A stretch of DNA of 63,162 nucleotides, counting the filler, from Octopus bimaculoides (Eukaryota), in the NCBI RefSeq assembly GCF_001194135.2. It is 6 parts of 6 records of this genome, joined end to end, with 100 filler letters (N's around TTAATTAATTAA, not from the genome) between each part and the next. Parts side by side here need not be neighbours in the genome. Positions count along the whole stretch, not along the records: positions 46,666 to 58,688 come from NC_068982.1; positions 58,789 to 63,162 come from NC_068981.1; 4 more parts are not named here. The stretch is one strand, 5' to 3'. The notes beneath the pieces were generated by a model. That model searched no databases. It saw nothing but the letters and a program-made list of their open reading frames with translations, and had not been told where the DNA came from. Positions 51,588-63,162 of the stretch are shown here, piece by piece; within the stretch, counting starts at the first letter, position 1; every line of letters starts with the position of its first letter. The position numbers and the translations under genes were made by a program.

Positions 51588-53049
51588 ATAATTGCCAATA
51601 AGCCAATAGAGGAGCAAAATCGGTTGAGCATCTTACATAACATCTTCCAATTTTTAGTTATATCCCTTTATGTTTTGAGTTCTTATTGTGCACGGTTTGA
51701 CTTTTTACATCCCTCTGTGGTCTATAAATAAACAACGAACGAAAGGGAAGGTTTTAATCAGTTATACCCTCTCTTTTATAAATCGAACGCTTTGTAGTAT
51801 CATGGTAAGAATTCAATATTTGCAAGAACAATGATTTTTCTTAGGACTTCTTGTGACTTGAAAAGTTTAAACTTCGTTAATGGTTATTACCATTTATGCC
51901 TATCTTAAATTATTACGTGTTTTTGTTTAATTATTTCAAGCCTTTAATTTACCTAAAGTATTTTAAAATCTTATACCAATTGTACAGATTCCTAAACATA
52001 AGCACTAAATCATCAAGGAAACGCACTATTGTAATGCACATCTTGTATTCTGTGATTGATGACTACATGTCGCTAAAAGTGAACTCCAAGCTAAATTATT
52101 CTATGAATGTTGTTCTGTCTACCTCTCACTGATTATAACAACTTTATCTTGTTTATTTTAAATCATTACCGTTTCCACAAATTGCTCTTCAGATTCAAAT
52201 GTTTTGTTTGTTTACCATTTTTTGTTTGCATGTTCTTTTCTTTTCATATTAGGATTCTTTCTTGAAGCATTTCTTTATCCAATGAAAATCTATAGAAGAG
52301 GTTTCTAATAAACAACCTATACGAAATACAACAGACAAGAAGTTTTCAAATATTTTTGTGCTCCAAAAAATGTTCTTTTTTTATTGCTGAACATCGAAAT
52401 TGATTGAAAGTGTTAACTGTGGTAATGTATAAATTAAAGTTATTTTAGAAAATAAAGTTAGCTTCAGTAATGCAGCCAGAATAATTTGGCAGATATTCAT
52501 GTCCTTCAATATAAAGAAAGTGACCGGATTTAAGAATTGTTCATAAAGCTTTCTTGAGTTCGAAATTGGATGAAGGATTCATAATTTTTTACTTAAAGAT
52601 ACATTTCGGTTGTAAAAGGATATGCCAATTGGTAACATTTCAAAAATAAATATATAAATAAAATAAATAATGGCTTCTAATTTTGGCACAAGGCTAACAA
52701 ATTTAGACTTCTTCGACCTTCCTAGAAACTACCTTCTTACACTGTATCCCAAAATGACGAGAAGCCAACGGTCAAAGTTGCTACAAATATCACTAACCGT
52801 GCGCTTCGTATTTATTTTCCCCTTGTACTGCAGTGCCAGACTGTGGACAGATGTGTGAAACGCCACTTCAACTGGTTTCCTCTCCATGTCCTCGTTCTCA
52901 TAAACCAGAAAATACCTCTATATATTCTGTATCGGTCAGTGGTGTATATATTTTACCAAACATAAGCTAGGTGTCTTGAAATTTATGCTCTGAGGATATA
53001 AGGAAACACTACTGAATTTGGGTAAATTAGAGGTTTGTCATCTTCCTGT

Positions 53050-53400
53050 ATAAATAACTCGGTCAAAACAGCAGACTTATTCCCGAAATGCTACTGGTAA
53101 ACCTCTTTTGTCTGAAGCTGACGGCTACCTAATATTCCACTTTACCCGATCCCCCTTTTCTTTTTCGACGCAAGCAAAGAATGCATTTCTTTCATGGTGG
53201 TGCGTTTGTTAATGACACATGAGGTTAACTTTTCATTTATCAAATTGTGACTGAATTTATAAGTGTATCTGTTTGCTTCATAGTCACTTTTACAGTTTAT
53301 ATCTATTGTTTCATCCACTTTCAAAACTTTTGGGAGCGAATTTGCTGCTATTCCATTTGTGGCTAGCACCTTCTGCTCTACCGTAAAGGTGATCATATTG
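53050..53400 (-). mobile_element. Possible Helitron PIF1-helicase relic
   Basis: VLATNGIAANSLP resembles the Helitron A.ASTGIAATLLP motif, and an FRQ..LPV-like remnant lies downstream. Very degenerate. Confidence 0.3.
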
Positions 53401-54366
53401 AATCTCTAGTAAACAAATGGAAATTTATCTTTACAAAAATTTCTATTCATTAAAAACATGTAAAGACAAACCATTTTCCGACCCCAGGATAATAGGATAG
53501 ATATTTTAATGTTTCGAAACCATTTGTTTGTGAATTCCTCTACCTCTCATAAATTAAACCTAAACGAACACATCTTCTAAGGGGAGTCCGTTGAAAATGC
53601 ATGAGTCCTCAGAATAAAAAAAAAAGCAACAACTTCAGCCACACCACCACAAGGAATGCTATAGGAAGCATGTAACCATTCTACGTACACTAACCATAAG
53701 AAACTGGACCAATAGCAACAGTAGCAATATACTCAATGTGGATGGCACTGTACTGTCATCAATATTATTAATATTATTATTGTTGTAAATTGTGTTACTG
53801 AAACGAAAAGGAAAAGCAAGAAATAAACTCAAAAACAAATATAAATAGATTAATACCAAAGGCTTTTAATCCATGGAGCGGCAGGAAAGAGTGACAAAGA
53901 CTTGATTTAATGAAACTACTCTAAAAAGGGACAATCTCTTTATGTCAACAGAACAGAAATACGGGGCACTCTCATTGAATTGATTTGCCCGTCCTACAGA
54001 GGAACTGTTCTAGGCTGTGGTTCTGTTTATATTACTCAATTGACCCTTACAAACTAACTGACGATGTATCTTATAATAGATTTCTTCTTGCGGTGATAAA
54101 AATCTGAATAAGCTGTCGGTTTTCATCATAATATTAATACGACTATAGGAAGAGGAGAAGAAAACAGCCTCAGCAGCAAACTGACGATTAGCTCGAATCA
54201 GTCGTATGACAAATAGGATTACGCTTAAAACCGAAACGCTCATAAATTATTTCTTCGCGTGATTCTCATCTCCTACTTGAGTCTTCAGCGGTATTTAACC
54301 ACATTGTCTCCAATTTGTTTTTGAAGAAGACACTCACAGACACCCGCAATCATAACAAACTACTTG

Positions 54367-54398
<32 letters not shown>

Positions 54399-54760
54399 AA
54401 CACTCGTTTATACATATATGAAATCCTACACTTTGACACATTTCTCCAAATTCATCTTATAAATTCAGCTACATCTATAAGATGGCTGAAAACACATATA
54501 GGCACATTCTGATCAAAGCAGGCACTCACTCGTAAAAGCACGCATACACACATAAACATTCAAAGATCTGCATACACATTCTGCCAAATTCATAAAAGTA
54601 CAAATAATGAATTGTGGACATCTACAATTGTTTATGTTTACTATAGAAGGGGGGTATTTTAATAACATATAACATATAAACATATACCTTTATCATCCGC
54701 TCCCAATACACAATACATTATATGTGTGTATGTGTGTGGGTGTCAGTGTGTATAACTAAT

Positions 54761-54820
<60 letters not shown>

Positions 54821-54834
54821 GCGCACACACATGT

Positions 54835-55175
54835 AGGTTTCAAAATTTGGCACAAGGCCAGCAGTTTCTGGGGAGCTGCTAAGTCCATTACATCGACCTC
54901 AGTGTTCAACTACTACTTATTTTATGGAGCCCAAAGCGATGAAAGGCAAAGTCGACCATGGCAGACTTTCAATTCAGAATGTAAAGACAGATGAAATGCC
55001 ACTAAGCATTTTGCCCTGCGTGATAACGATTCTGCCAACTCACTACCGCGCGCGCGCGCATTTATATGAATTGGTTTTAAATTTTAACACAAGACCAGAA
55101 ATTACATCGACCTCAGTGATCAACTGGCACTTATTTAATCGATCCCGAAAGGAAGAAAGGCAAAGTCGACGCCAT
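54835..55175 (-). mobile_element. Two SINE copies (first family), minus strand
   Basis: ttcaaaatttggcacaaggcc...acatcgacctcagtg...gatgaaaggcaaagtcgac...attcagaatgtaaagacagatgaaatgccactaagcatttt, and a second partial copy at 55070-55175. Confidence 0.8.
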
Positions 55176-55469
55176 ATTCAGATATCTTTTATCCTTCACT
55201 TATTTCAGTCGTTGGACTATGGCCATCCTGGGGCATCGCTTTAAAAGGGTTGTAGTCGATTGGGTAAAGCTCATAACATATTTTTAAAGCCTGGTACTTA
55301 TTCTCTTGGTCCCTTTTTACTGAACCATTGACTTCTAAAGGAGTTTTCAAAGGAACCCCAACCAGATTCGGATGTCGGGCCACTCGCCTGCTCTCACCAC
55401 CGGAAAAGTAATTAACCCCACCCTTTCCTTTTCATTTAGCTCTTTCCGGTCAACATGGCGATTGTTAGA

Positions 55470-57030
55470 GTAGGTTGTACAAATGTACGACACCTGGGAT
55501 ACTGGAAGATGAACGTGTCTTTCCGAGCGCGTCAAGATTTTAGAGACATCGAAAGCTGTTGGGTGCAATGGTCAACGACCGATAGTTGATAACCCTTAAA
55601 AGGGTTATTACACTACGGGCGTTAGGGTTTGGTAAAGAAATAGCGTCAGAGGAATCTAGAAAAGAGGGAGACCTAGTAAGGAAGCAAGAATAGGCACTTA
55701 GAAAAGACATAATGACTAACATGTTGGTAGTGAGATTGGTTCTTGATCAATTCTTCAATGCCAAGCACGAAGGTTACATTTCAGAGATAACACAGACACG
55801 TGCTCTAATACATGAAGGAATGAAAGCAGTTCGATGGTCCTGGATGGCGAAGGTGCAACTTGGAAACAAATCCACAAGCCACAATTCTGTCTCTGAAAGA
55901 CCGCGACAGGTTCGTGCTACTCGAATCCAAGCAGATGCATGCAGAATTTCAGTGGCACTTTGTCAAACTCTACGGAGCGCAAGGTGGTACGGAGATGGGG
56001 GTCCATTTTACTTCCTACCACGACGACATGCCGCATCTTTCAGTTAGGATGTGGAGTTTCTGCGATAACGCCGAAGACATACAAGACGTGATGACCAGTT
56101 CCACAAAGGAGACGTCTCCGGGTCTGAATGGTCTGCCCTCCGAGCTATATCTTCATATACCGGATTTGTTCGGTGATCTCTTGACTGATGTCTACTACAA
56201 CTGGCAACAGAACGAGAGAATTCCCAGTGCAGTGAGTTGTGATGTGGTGCTGCTGCTAAGGAAGGATCCGAACGAAGGGGACCAAATAGATCATTATTGG
56301 CCCGTAACTCTGCTAAACGCAGATCACACGATATTGGCCAAGGTGTTAACCAAGAAGTTGGCGTTTATTGTCGCCAACACACAGACTTGCGTTATCTAAA
56401 CAGATCCATCCACGACAAGCTAGGTAAGGAACCTGTCATGCGTGGGACCCTGATCAATATGGATCAATCAAAAGCGTTTGATAGAGTCAACCACCAATAC
56501 TTGGGAGTTGTTCTTGCGGCGGTAGGTTCCGGTTTCATTTTCAGAAGCTGGATCGCTGCAATGTACAGCGACATCTTTTAGGTGGTCAAAGTAAATTGCC
56601 GTCTATTAAAATCGTTCAGCGGCGCGCATTCGGTCCGTCTAGGATGCCCACTCTCGCCCCTTTTTGTACATACTGCTACTCGAGCCATTACTACGGAAGT
56701 TAGATGTTTCGAGAGGCATCTCGCGTGAACTAGGACGCAAAAAATTCCTGTCAATTTATACGGACAACGTCACCGTTATAGGAACGGCCATCTCTAAATC
56801 GAGATGATCGGCATTACTTTAAGGGAGTTCGAAGCAGTGATAGGTGCAAAGATTAACCAGGAGGAATCGGTGGGCCTGATGCTCAACATCAGAGAGGCAG
56901 GTACTTGCCGACCGACAGCGCCATAGGGTGCAGGAACGAAGGGCTGATTAAATTGCTCGAGGTCTGATTTGGTCCGAACTTCCAGGCAGACAAGAACTGC
57001 GAAGAGGTGATGAGCAGGGTGGTCAGGCTT
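55470..57030 (+). mobile_element. L1/Tx1-clade LINE ORF2 relic (end of endonuclease to RT)
   Basis: PGYWKMN (endonuclease end); SPGLNGLPSELY; YWPVTLLNADHTILAKVL; DQSKAFDRVNH; SVRLGCPLSPFLY...LEPLLR; YTDNVTV. Several stops and frameshifts. Confidence 0.88.
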
Positions 57031-57239
57031 TGTTCTTATAGTAGAAAGGATTATTATTATTATTATTATTTTGTCTGTCTTGACGTTCTGAGTTCAGCAA
57101 TATATGTGCGGAAACAAATTTTAGACCTTGCGTTTGTGAAACTTCAAGTAAGGCATCACTAATCAAGCTTCGATTGAATATGTGTAAGATCCGTACCACA
57201 TGTCGAGTTCTCTTCCTTTCACTTGTACGCCTATTTGCG

Positions 57240-57365
<126 letters not shown>

Positions 57366-57821
57366 TATGTATATACGTATAAATGTTTAGAACTCGGTCT
57401 TACACTAAAACAGCCGGCTGCCAGTATATAAGTAAATAAATAAATAAATAAATCATTTTTTTTTTTCGTTTATTTAAATGTTTTGTCGGAGACAACAGAA
57501 TACGTGACAACAATAAAATAAACAAATTTCTGTCCTGTGTAGGAGAATATTTTGTTTATAGGAAAGCAAAGTGACACATAAAGTGTGCAGACAAATAGAG
57601 ACGACAAGGAATGTTGCAGTATCACGTTTTGTCCAATGATTTATGGAACTATGAAACAAGCACCGGAGAGTTATTATCTTCCAGAATGCTCTTCGTCGCA
57701 TCGATTCTTTCAGCAATATGTCAGCGGAAACTGACAAATGTTTTGCAGGAATTAACATTTCGCTTCAGGCAGACATCTCCTTCCTATATCTATTTATCTA
57801 CATACATACATACATACATAC

Positions 57822-57871
<50 letters not shown>

Positions 57872-58242
57872 GCACACGCGCACGCAAATACACACACGCA
57901 CACACACGCACACACACACATACACACATACAATCTGATCATCAGTTGATGTTGCAGGGAGAGTGGTATTGGTGTGTGTTAGTGCTGGTGCTGGTGTTAA
58001 TGCTGGTGTTGGTGGGGGATGCTGTTGCTACTACTGTTGCTACTGCTGCTGATACACCAAATGTTCAATCGTTCTCAGGTCATGGGGAACGCTCCGCACT
58101 TAGACAGGTTTTTCCAACTATTTAGATAACTTACAACCCATCCGAACCAATCAGTCGCTAACTTTGTATGCATAATATATCTACGCGCCCATGTGCTATG
58201 TATATGCTTTTGTACAGATATATATGTGTGTGGGGGTGCATA

Positions 58243-58410
58243 TAGTGATGGCTGTATGGTAAGAAGCTTGCTTACCAGCTACATGGTTCTTGGTTCAGTC
58301 CTACTCCGTGGCACCTTGAGTAAGTGTCTTCTACTATAGCTCCGGGTCGATCAAAGCCTTGTGAGTGGATTTGGTAGACGGAAACTAAAAGAAGCCCATC
58401 GTATAATTAT
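58243..58410 (+). mobile_element. tRNA-derived SINE head (second family)
   Basis: gatggctgtatggtaagaagcttgc...ggttcagtcc...ggcaccttgagtaagtgtcttctactatagc...ggtagacggaaact. Confidence 0.85.
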
Positions 58411-59039
58411 ATATATATATTTAATATATAAAGGGCATTAACTGTGTAGTAATGCCTCACGCTTCGAGGGACTAAATAAGTCAAAAACTACCAAAAAATA
58501 AGCAACATATTTACTGAAAGCGAGGGAATAAATTCAAATCTCTTTCATGGATATATAATTATGGACAGAAGTCATCGTACTGTGGTGGCTACATCGTGGT
58601 ATGTTGATTCTTGTTTATTTTTATGTATCGACCATACGTGTACTGATGAACAAAAGAATGCAGGTTACTTCACAGTTTTTCTGTATTTNNNNNNNNNNNN
58701 NNNNNNNNNNNNNNNNNNNNNNNNNNNNNNNNTTAATTAATTAANNNNNNNNNNNNNNNNNNNNNNNNNNNNNNNNNNNNNNNNNNNNACATACATATAT
58801 ATATATATAGAGAGAGAGAGAGAAAGAGTGGGTGTGTGTGTTAAGTGTGATGTACAGAATTGAATATTCCCTCTACCCATCTGTCTATCTGTCTGACTAT
58901 CTATCTATCCATCTACATTGTCTTGGAACCTCGGCCCCCCAAAAAAGAAAAACAATGTACTCTTCTAAACAGAACAAGCTGTTTGTACATTCACAAAACA
59001 AAATCGTATTTGACAAGTTCTAGAGAGGAACGAAAGCGC

Positions 59040-59080
<41 letters not shown>

Positions 59081-59098
59081 TATACATGCACACACATA

Positions 59099-60319
59099 CA
59101 CACATGACAGAAGTAAATAGACACCCTTATAATCAATAAAAGTCATTTAAATCTGAAATTATACATTCAAATTACTTATTAATTGTTATAATGTGAATAT
59201 TTAATATTTAGTAGACATGTATTTTGCATTTTTCAATGCAAGGATCCTATTAGGCATGTTAATGATCAGATGACGAATATTCTTTTGAGGAATTTCATGC
59301 CCAGTTTCATGCGGTAACCTCGAAAGATCTGGCTCAGAAAATGCTTTCTTTTTTTTTATGAAGTGTCCTGTCCCTTATGCCCCAGTGATATTCAATAGGA
59401 TTTATATCTGGTGACTGGCTTAGCCATGGAAGCTTTTTAATGCCATTCTCTTCCAATAAATCTTGGGTCGTTTTATACGTGTGACAAAGAGCCCCATCTT
59501 CCATAAATAAACAGTCTTCTTTAATCATTTCATCACTAGAGAAGATTGGAAGGAGTCCTTTCTGCAATATGCACATATATTTACCTGAGTTTATATTTCC
59601 CTCATACTCCACCAGCTCTGATTGGCCATTGCTCCAAATTGCTCCCCACACCATTACAGAATACCTGCCATCTTTCCTTGTTGGCTGTAATCTTGATCAC
59701 AGGCCAACACTCGACCACTCTCAGAAAATACAGCAAATCTGAACTCATTGGAGAATATGACAAAGTCCCAAAATATTAGTGGCCTCTTCACCATCTCACT
59801 GATCCAATCTTTTCATCGCTTGATATTGGCTGGTCAAAGACGTGGCTTCCTTCTTGCTGCTCTGCTATAGTAACCAAATTTGTGGAGATACCTGACAGCT
59901 GTTCTGGGATTCATACCAACTTGTTCTGCTATGTCAGAGGCCTTGCAACGAGGATTATCCTCCACACTTCTCTTAACAAAGAGAAGGGTCCTATCAGAAG
60001 GCCCTGATCAACCTGGTCGAGGTGAGGTGAACTCATTCCCCTCTCTGGTGAAGTGCACAATCACTCTATTAATTGTAGATTTCAGGATCCCAAAGTTTTC
60101 TACAATTTTACGCTAAGTCTGCCTTCAGAATGACCCACAATACGACCTCTTTGAAATTAAGACAGTTTCAATGTTTCTTTTGTATGTGGTATGACCAAAC
60201 AGTCACGTATAGAACCTGAAGCATAAAAATGTCAATTAATAAAAAATATAAACCTTTACAAGTTAGAATAAACAAAATACAGTGTTTTACGAGCAGTCTA
60301 GTTATTTCAGCCATGTCTG
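59099..60319 (-). mobile_element. Tc1-family DNA transposon (DD34E), decayed, both TIRs present
   Basis: MVWGAIW...FMEDGALCH-(34 aa)-SPDINPIE, with GYYSRAARRKP and FQRGRIVG upstream. Imperfect TIRs CACACATGACAGAAGTAAATAGAC (59099) and CAGACATGGCTGAAATAACTAGAC (reverse complement, ending 60319), each flanked by TA. Confidence 0.88.
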
Positions 60320-60387
60320 TATATATATAGATGAAAGAGTATATCATATTAAATCACTGAGCGAGATATAAACAGTAGCAGTACAGA

Positions 60388-60862
60388 ACCGTAACATATT
60401 TGCCAACTAAGTGTGACGTCCTCTACAGGTCAGTGCTATTGATGTTTATAGCCCCAGGAAGACATCTCCTCCAGCTAGTTAATGACACACATTCTGTGTC
60501 CAATTAGTATTAGTATGTTATATTAAATCTCTCGCTCGGAGATTTAATATAACATTCTCTCTCTTGTACGAGATCAGCGACAGTGAGTCGCTAATAAAAT
60601 ATATACTAATTTGCGAGTGGAATGGGCTTCCGTCACTAGTTAGTAGTTAACACGCTGAGGACGGCTAACAACCGAGAATCTCGAGTCTGTGTGCATTACA
60701 TAAGGTTAGAGATGGGAGCGGTGGCCTTCCCTCGCAAATAGTAATTGGACACAGAATGCGTGTCGTTAGCCAGCTGGAGGAGATGTCTTCCTGGGGCTGT
60801 AAACATTAGTAACACTGTCTTCTATAGGACGCAACACTCAGCTGACAAACATACGCTACGGT
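60388..60862 (+). mobile_element. Foldback element with long inverted arms and hammerhead (copy 2, diverged subfamily)
   Basis: Arms 60388-60506 and 60742-60862 are reverse complements. They share the core tagccccagga..acatctcctccagc...tgacacac.ttctgtg.cc with the 29721 element. Confidence 0.85.
60650..60692 (+). ncRNA. Minimal type I hammerhead motif with an A15.1U substitution
   Basis: ACACG-CTGAGGA-CGG[CTAACAA]CCG-A-GAA-TCTCGAGT-C-TGTGT. Restoring T60679 to A gives the perfect palindrome ACTCGAGT. GUC triplet ends at 60687. Confidence 0.65.
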
Positions 60863-60899
60863 ATGTCTATCTATCTATCTCTATATATGTAAATATATA

Positions 60900-60966
<67 letters not shown>

Positions 60967-61310
60967 ACATATATATATATAGTAGGAGAGAGATTTAGTT
61001 TCTCCATAGAAGCAATGGAAGCTTAAGGTTGACAACTTCCATTAAGAATAAACTGTACAGTGTAGTGTTCTAGCTTTCCTTCGATCATGGGACTGTTATC
61101 TACCCTGATGATGTTCTCACTTGTCGTAATTAACTAAATTGATTTAGTTAAATTAAGTTAAATTTGGTTGGTTTTATTCTGCAAGTAATGAATTGAAACA
61201 ATTGTAGGTTTGGTCCCGTCAATGTATTAATAATCTTTTATTAATCTTATCTCCACCTTCTCTCTTGGTTTTTAATCATATATATGTATGTATGTATGTA
61301 TGGATGGATG

Positions 61311-61367
<57 letters not shown>

Positions 61368-61784
61368 TCAATATGCAAGTTTAATCCACCATCACTAGTA
61401 CTTTCATGTCAGACGAAAAAATGACAATCAATATTCAGGTGACATAAGACGGGTGGCTTTCCACATATTCGCACCATCTCATACGGATATATAGAAAGTA
61501 AGAATAGACTCCAGTTGTGTGCAGTGACTCTGAGGTTTTACAAAGAGAACAAGACAGTTGTATTGAAAAAATAAAAGAGATGTCTTAATTGATTTGTATA
61601 GTTTTCTTCAGCTTGACAAAATTTACTGTTTCTACTTAGTGCAGAAGAAAAAAGAAAGTTAGGCGCTGCAAAATAATATTTTGTGAGAATAATAACATTT
61701 GGAGTATTGTAGAACAAATACATCTTAAGACAAGATTACAATATGGGAGTGAATGATAAAATAATCATTTGTTAAATAGGCGGT

Positions 61785-62190
61785 GAAATTCATAACTTAC
61801 CTTTATTCTTTTTCATTTTTCAGAAAATTTTCATGAATTTGTGTTCTGCACACGGGAATTCACACGATTATAAAAAAAAAAAAAAAAACATATTTTAGAA
61901 TACGCCTCCTCCTATAAATCATCAATGTTCCAATTTTTTAAACAAATATCCTTTTAAATCAGAGTTTCAAATACGGACAGTAAGAAATATATTGAAAAAC
62001 ATCAATGTATATCAGAATGCCAAAGAAACGAGAAATGCATCAGGTAGTTGTGAGACATGCTAAAAGTTACAGATAAATCACCCTTAAATCACGGAAAATG
62101 TTTTGCATAATCACATGAATTCCCGTTTGTTTGATACAATTTCGCAAAAATTTTCTTAAAATACCAAAACATCAAAAAATTATGAGGGGT
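61785..62190. mobile_element. Old MITE-like element with long degenerate TIRs
   Basis: gaaaattttcatgaatttgtg...acacgggaattcacacgattat matches the reverse complement of ataatcacatgaattcccgttt...tacaatttcgcaaaaattttc. Confidence 0.5.
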
Positions 62191-62257
62191 TATGTGGGGG
62201 TCCTTAAACCAGGATTCTGCCATATAAGCAACCCGGGCTGAAATTTTGGGTAAGTGG

Positions 62258-62410
62258 GTTGCATCGATATCACTGATGCTTATTTTATTGGCTCCGAAAA
62301 GACAAAAGCAAGGTCGACTTCGGCGGAATTTAGATTAAAAACATAAAAGAGGCGAAATGCCGCTAAGCAATTTGTTAGGCATTGTAGCAATTTTGCAGTT
62401 TCGCTGCCTT
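62258..62410 (-). mobile_element. Diverged SINE (first family)
   Basis: catcgat...aaagcaaggtcgacttcggcggaattt...gcgaaatgccgctaagcaattt is the reverse complement of the SINE head. Confidence 0.7.
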
Positions 62411-63036
62411 TGTATGATAAATAATGTCATTGTGTTTGAACCGGTGCTGCATCTTCATGGTTTATGGATGTAGCATTATGGCACAAAATACTCCGATTTT
62501 TTAAACTTAGAAAATTACCGGATCTTTAACTTAAAATTCAAACCTTCCAAATTCGCCTCAACGTAATTCAACCTAGAAAGGATTATCTCCCGTATGATAG
62601 CTTACCATCAAAGTACACCACGAGTTTAAATTACCGGAATTGTGTTAGTGATTACAAATTTTACTGTTTAAATGTTGCCAGTCTAAGGAACAATACCCAA
62701 AGCGGCTGCAAATACTTTTGAGTTAGCATGACTTTGCTGAAGGTCACTGATCTAGTAAAGTCTGCTGAATTTATCTTTTTCCCTTCAAAGTATTAGTTTC
62801 GATGTATTAAATCATGCATTGCATATAACAGTATATGAATGAAATCGAATAAAAGGAATCTCTTTGACAGCCCAGCAGATGGCTTGCAACAATAATTCCA
62901 AGGTCCGACATATATATCATGCTGAAACTGTCACAAAATTAATTTAAGTTTACACACTAATTAAATGAGTAGAAAATTCACTTGATCTAAGCAAACTGGA
63001 AATCCTTATTCGGAAATTTTCACTGAGATCCATCGT

Positions 63037-63039
<3 letters not shown>

Positions 63040-63076
<37 letters not shown>

Positions 63077-63162
63077 CGCACGCATATGTGCGTATATGTG
63101 TATGTGTGTATGTGTATGTATGTGTTGTGTGACTGCGCCCCCGCGCGTGTATGTATATATAT
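63040..63162. repeat. (TG)n/(CG)n/(TA)n microsatellite
   Basis: Seen directly. Confidence 0.9.

Noticed and set aside
54180-54245. CTGACGA...GAAACGCTC
   Set aside because: No stem I or stem II closure; the local sequence folds as a simple hairpin instead.
58636-58670. CTGATGA core
   Set aside because: No stem II or GAAA in register.
61794-61830. Minus-strand AAG|GTAAGT donor after ATG AAA AAG AAT AAA
   Set aside because: Falls inside the arm of the old MITE-like element; no supporting gene context.

Overview
AT-rich, microsatellite-dense eukaryotic genomic DNA. The tRNA-derived SINE families and RTE tails look like an octopus genome (an inference from recalled repeat families, not a database match). 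Five 100-bp N44-TTAATTAATTAA-N44 scaffolding linkers split the window into six joined pieces, and several other N gaps exist, so order across joins is uncertain. Nearly all listed ORFs are microsatellite or N artefacts. I recognise only one host coding exon: the terminal exon of ASCC1 (2H-phosphoesterase C-terminus, 21865-21981, +), with a poly(A) signal about 210 nt downstream. The rest is decayed mobile DNA: a Penelope-like element (RT thumb + GIY-YIG), two RTE-type LINEs (one with a 5' inversion, one with a PHD finger inside the RT), R4/Dong, L1/Tx1, piggyBac and Tc1 (DD34E) relics, MITEs and many SINEs. The main discovery is a set of seven hammerhead-ribozyme-like motifs in five repeat families. 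Two of them sit in related 430-475 bp non-coding foldback elements (29703-30131 and 60388-60862) that have ~115-bp inverted arms and a minimal type I hammerhead at the apex of the predicted rod. All structures were folded by eye; activity and novelty are untested.
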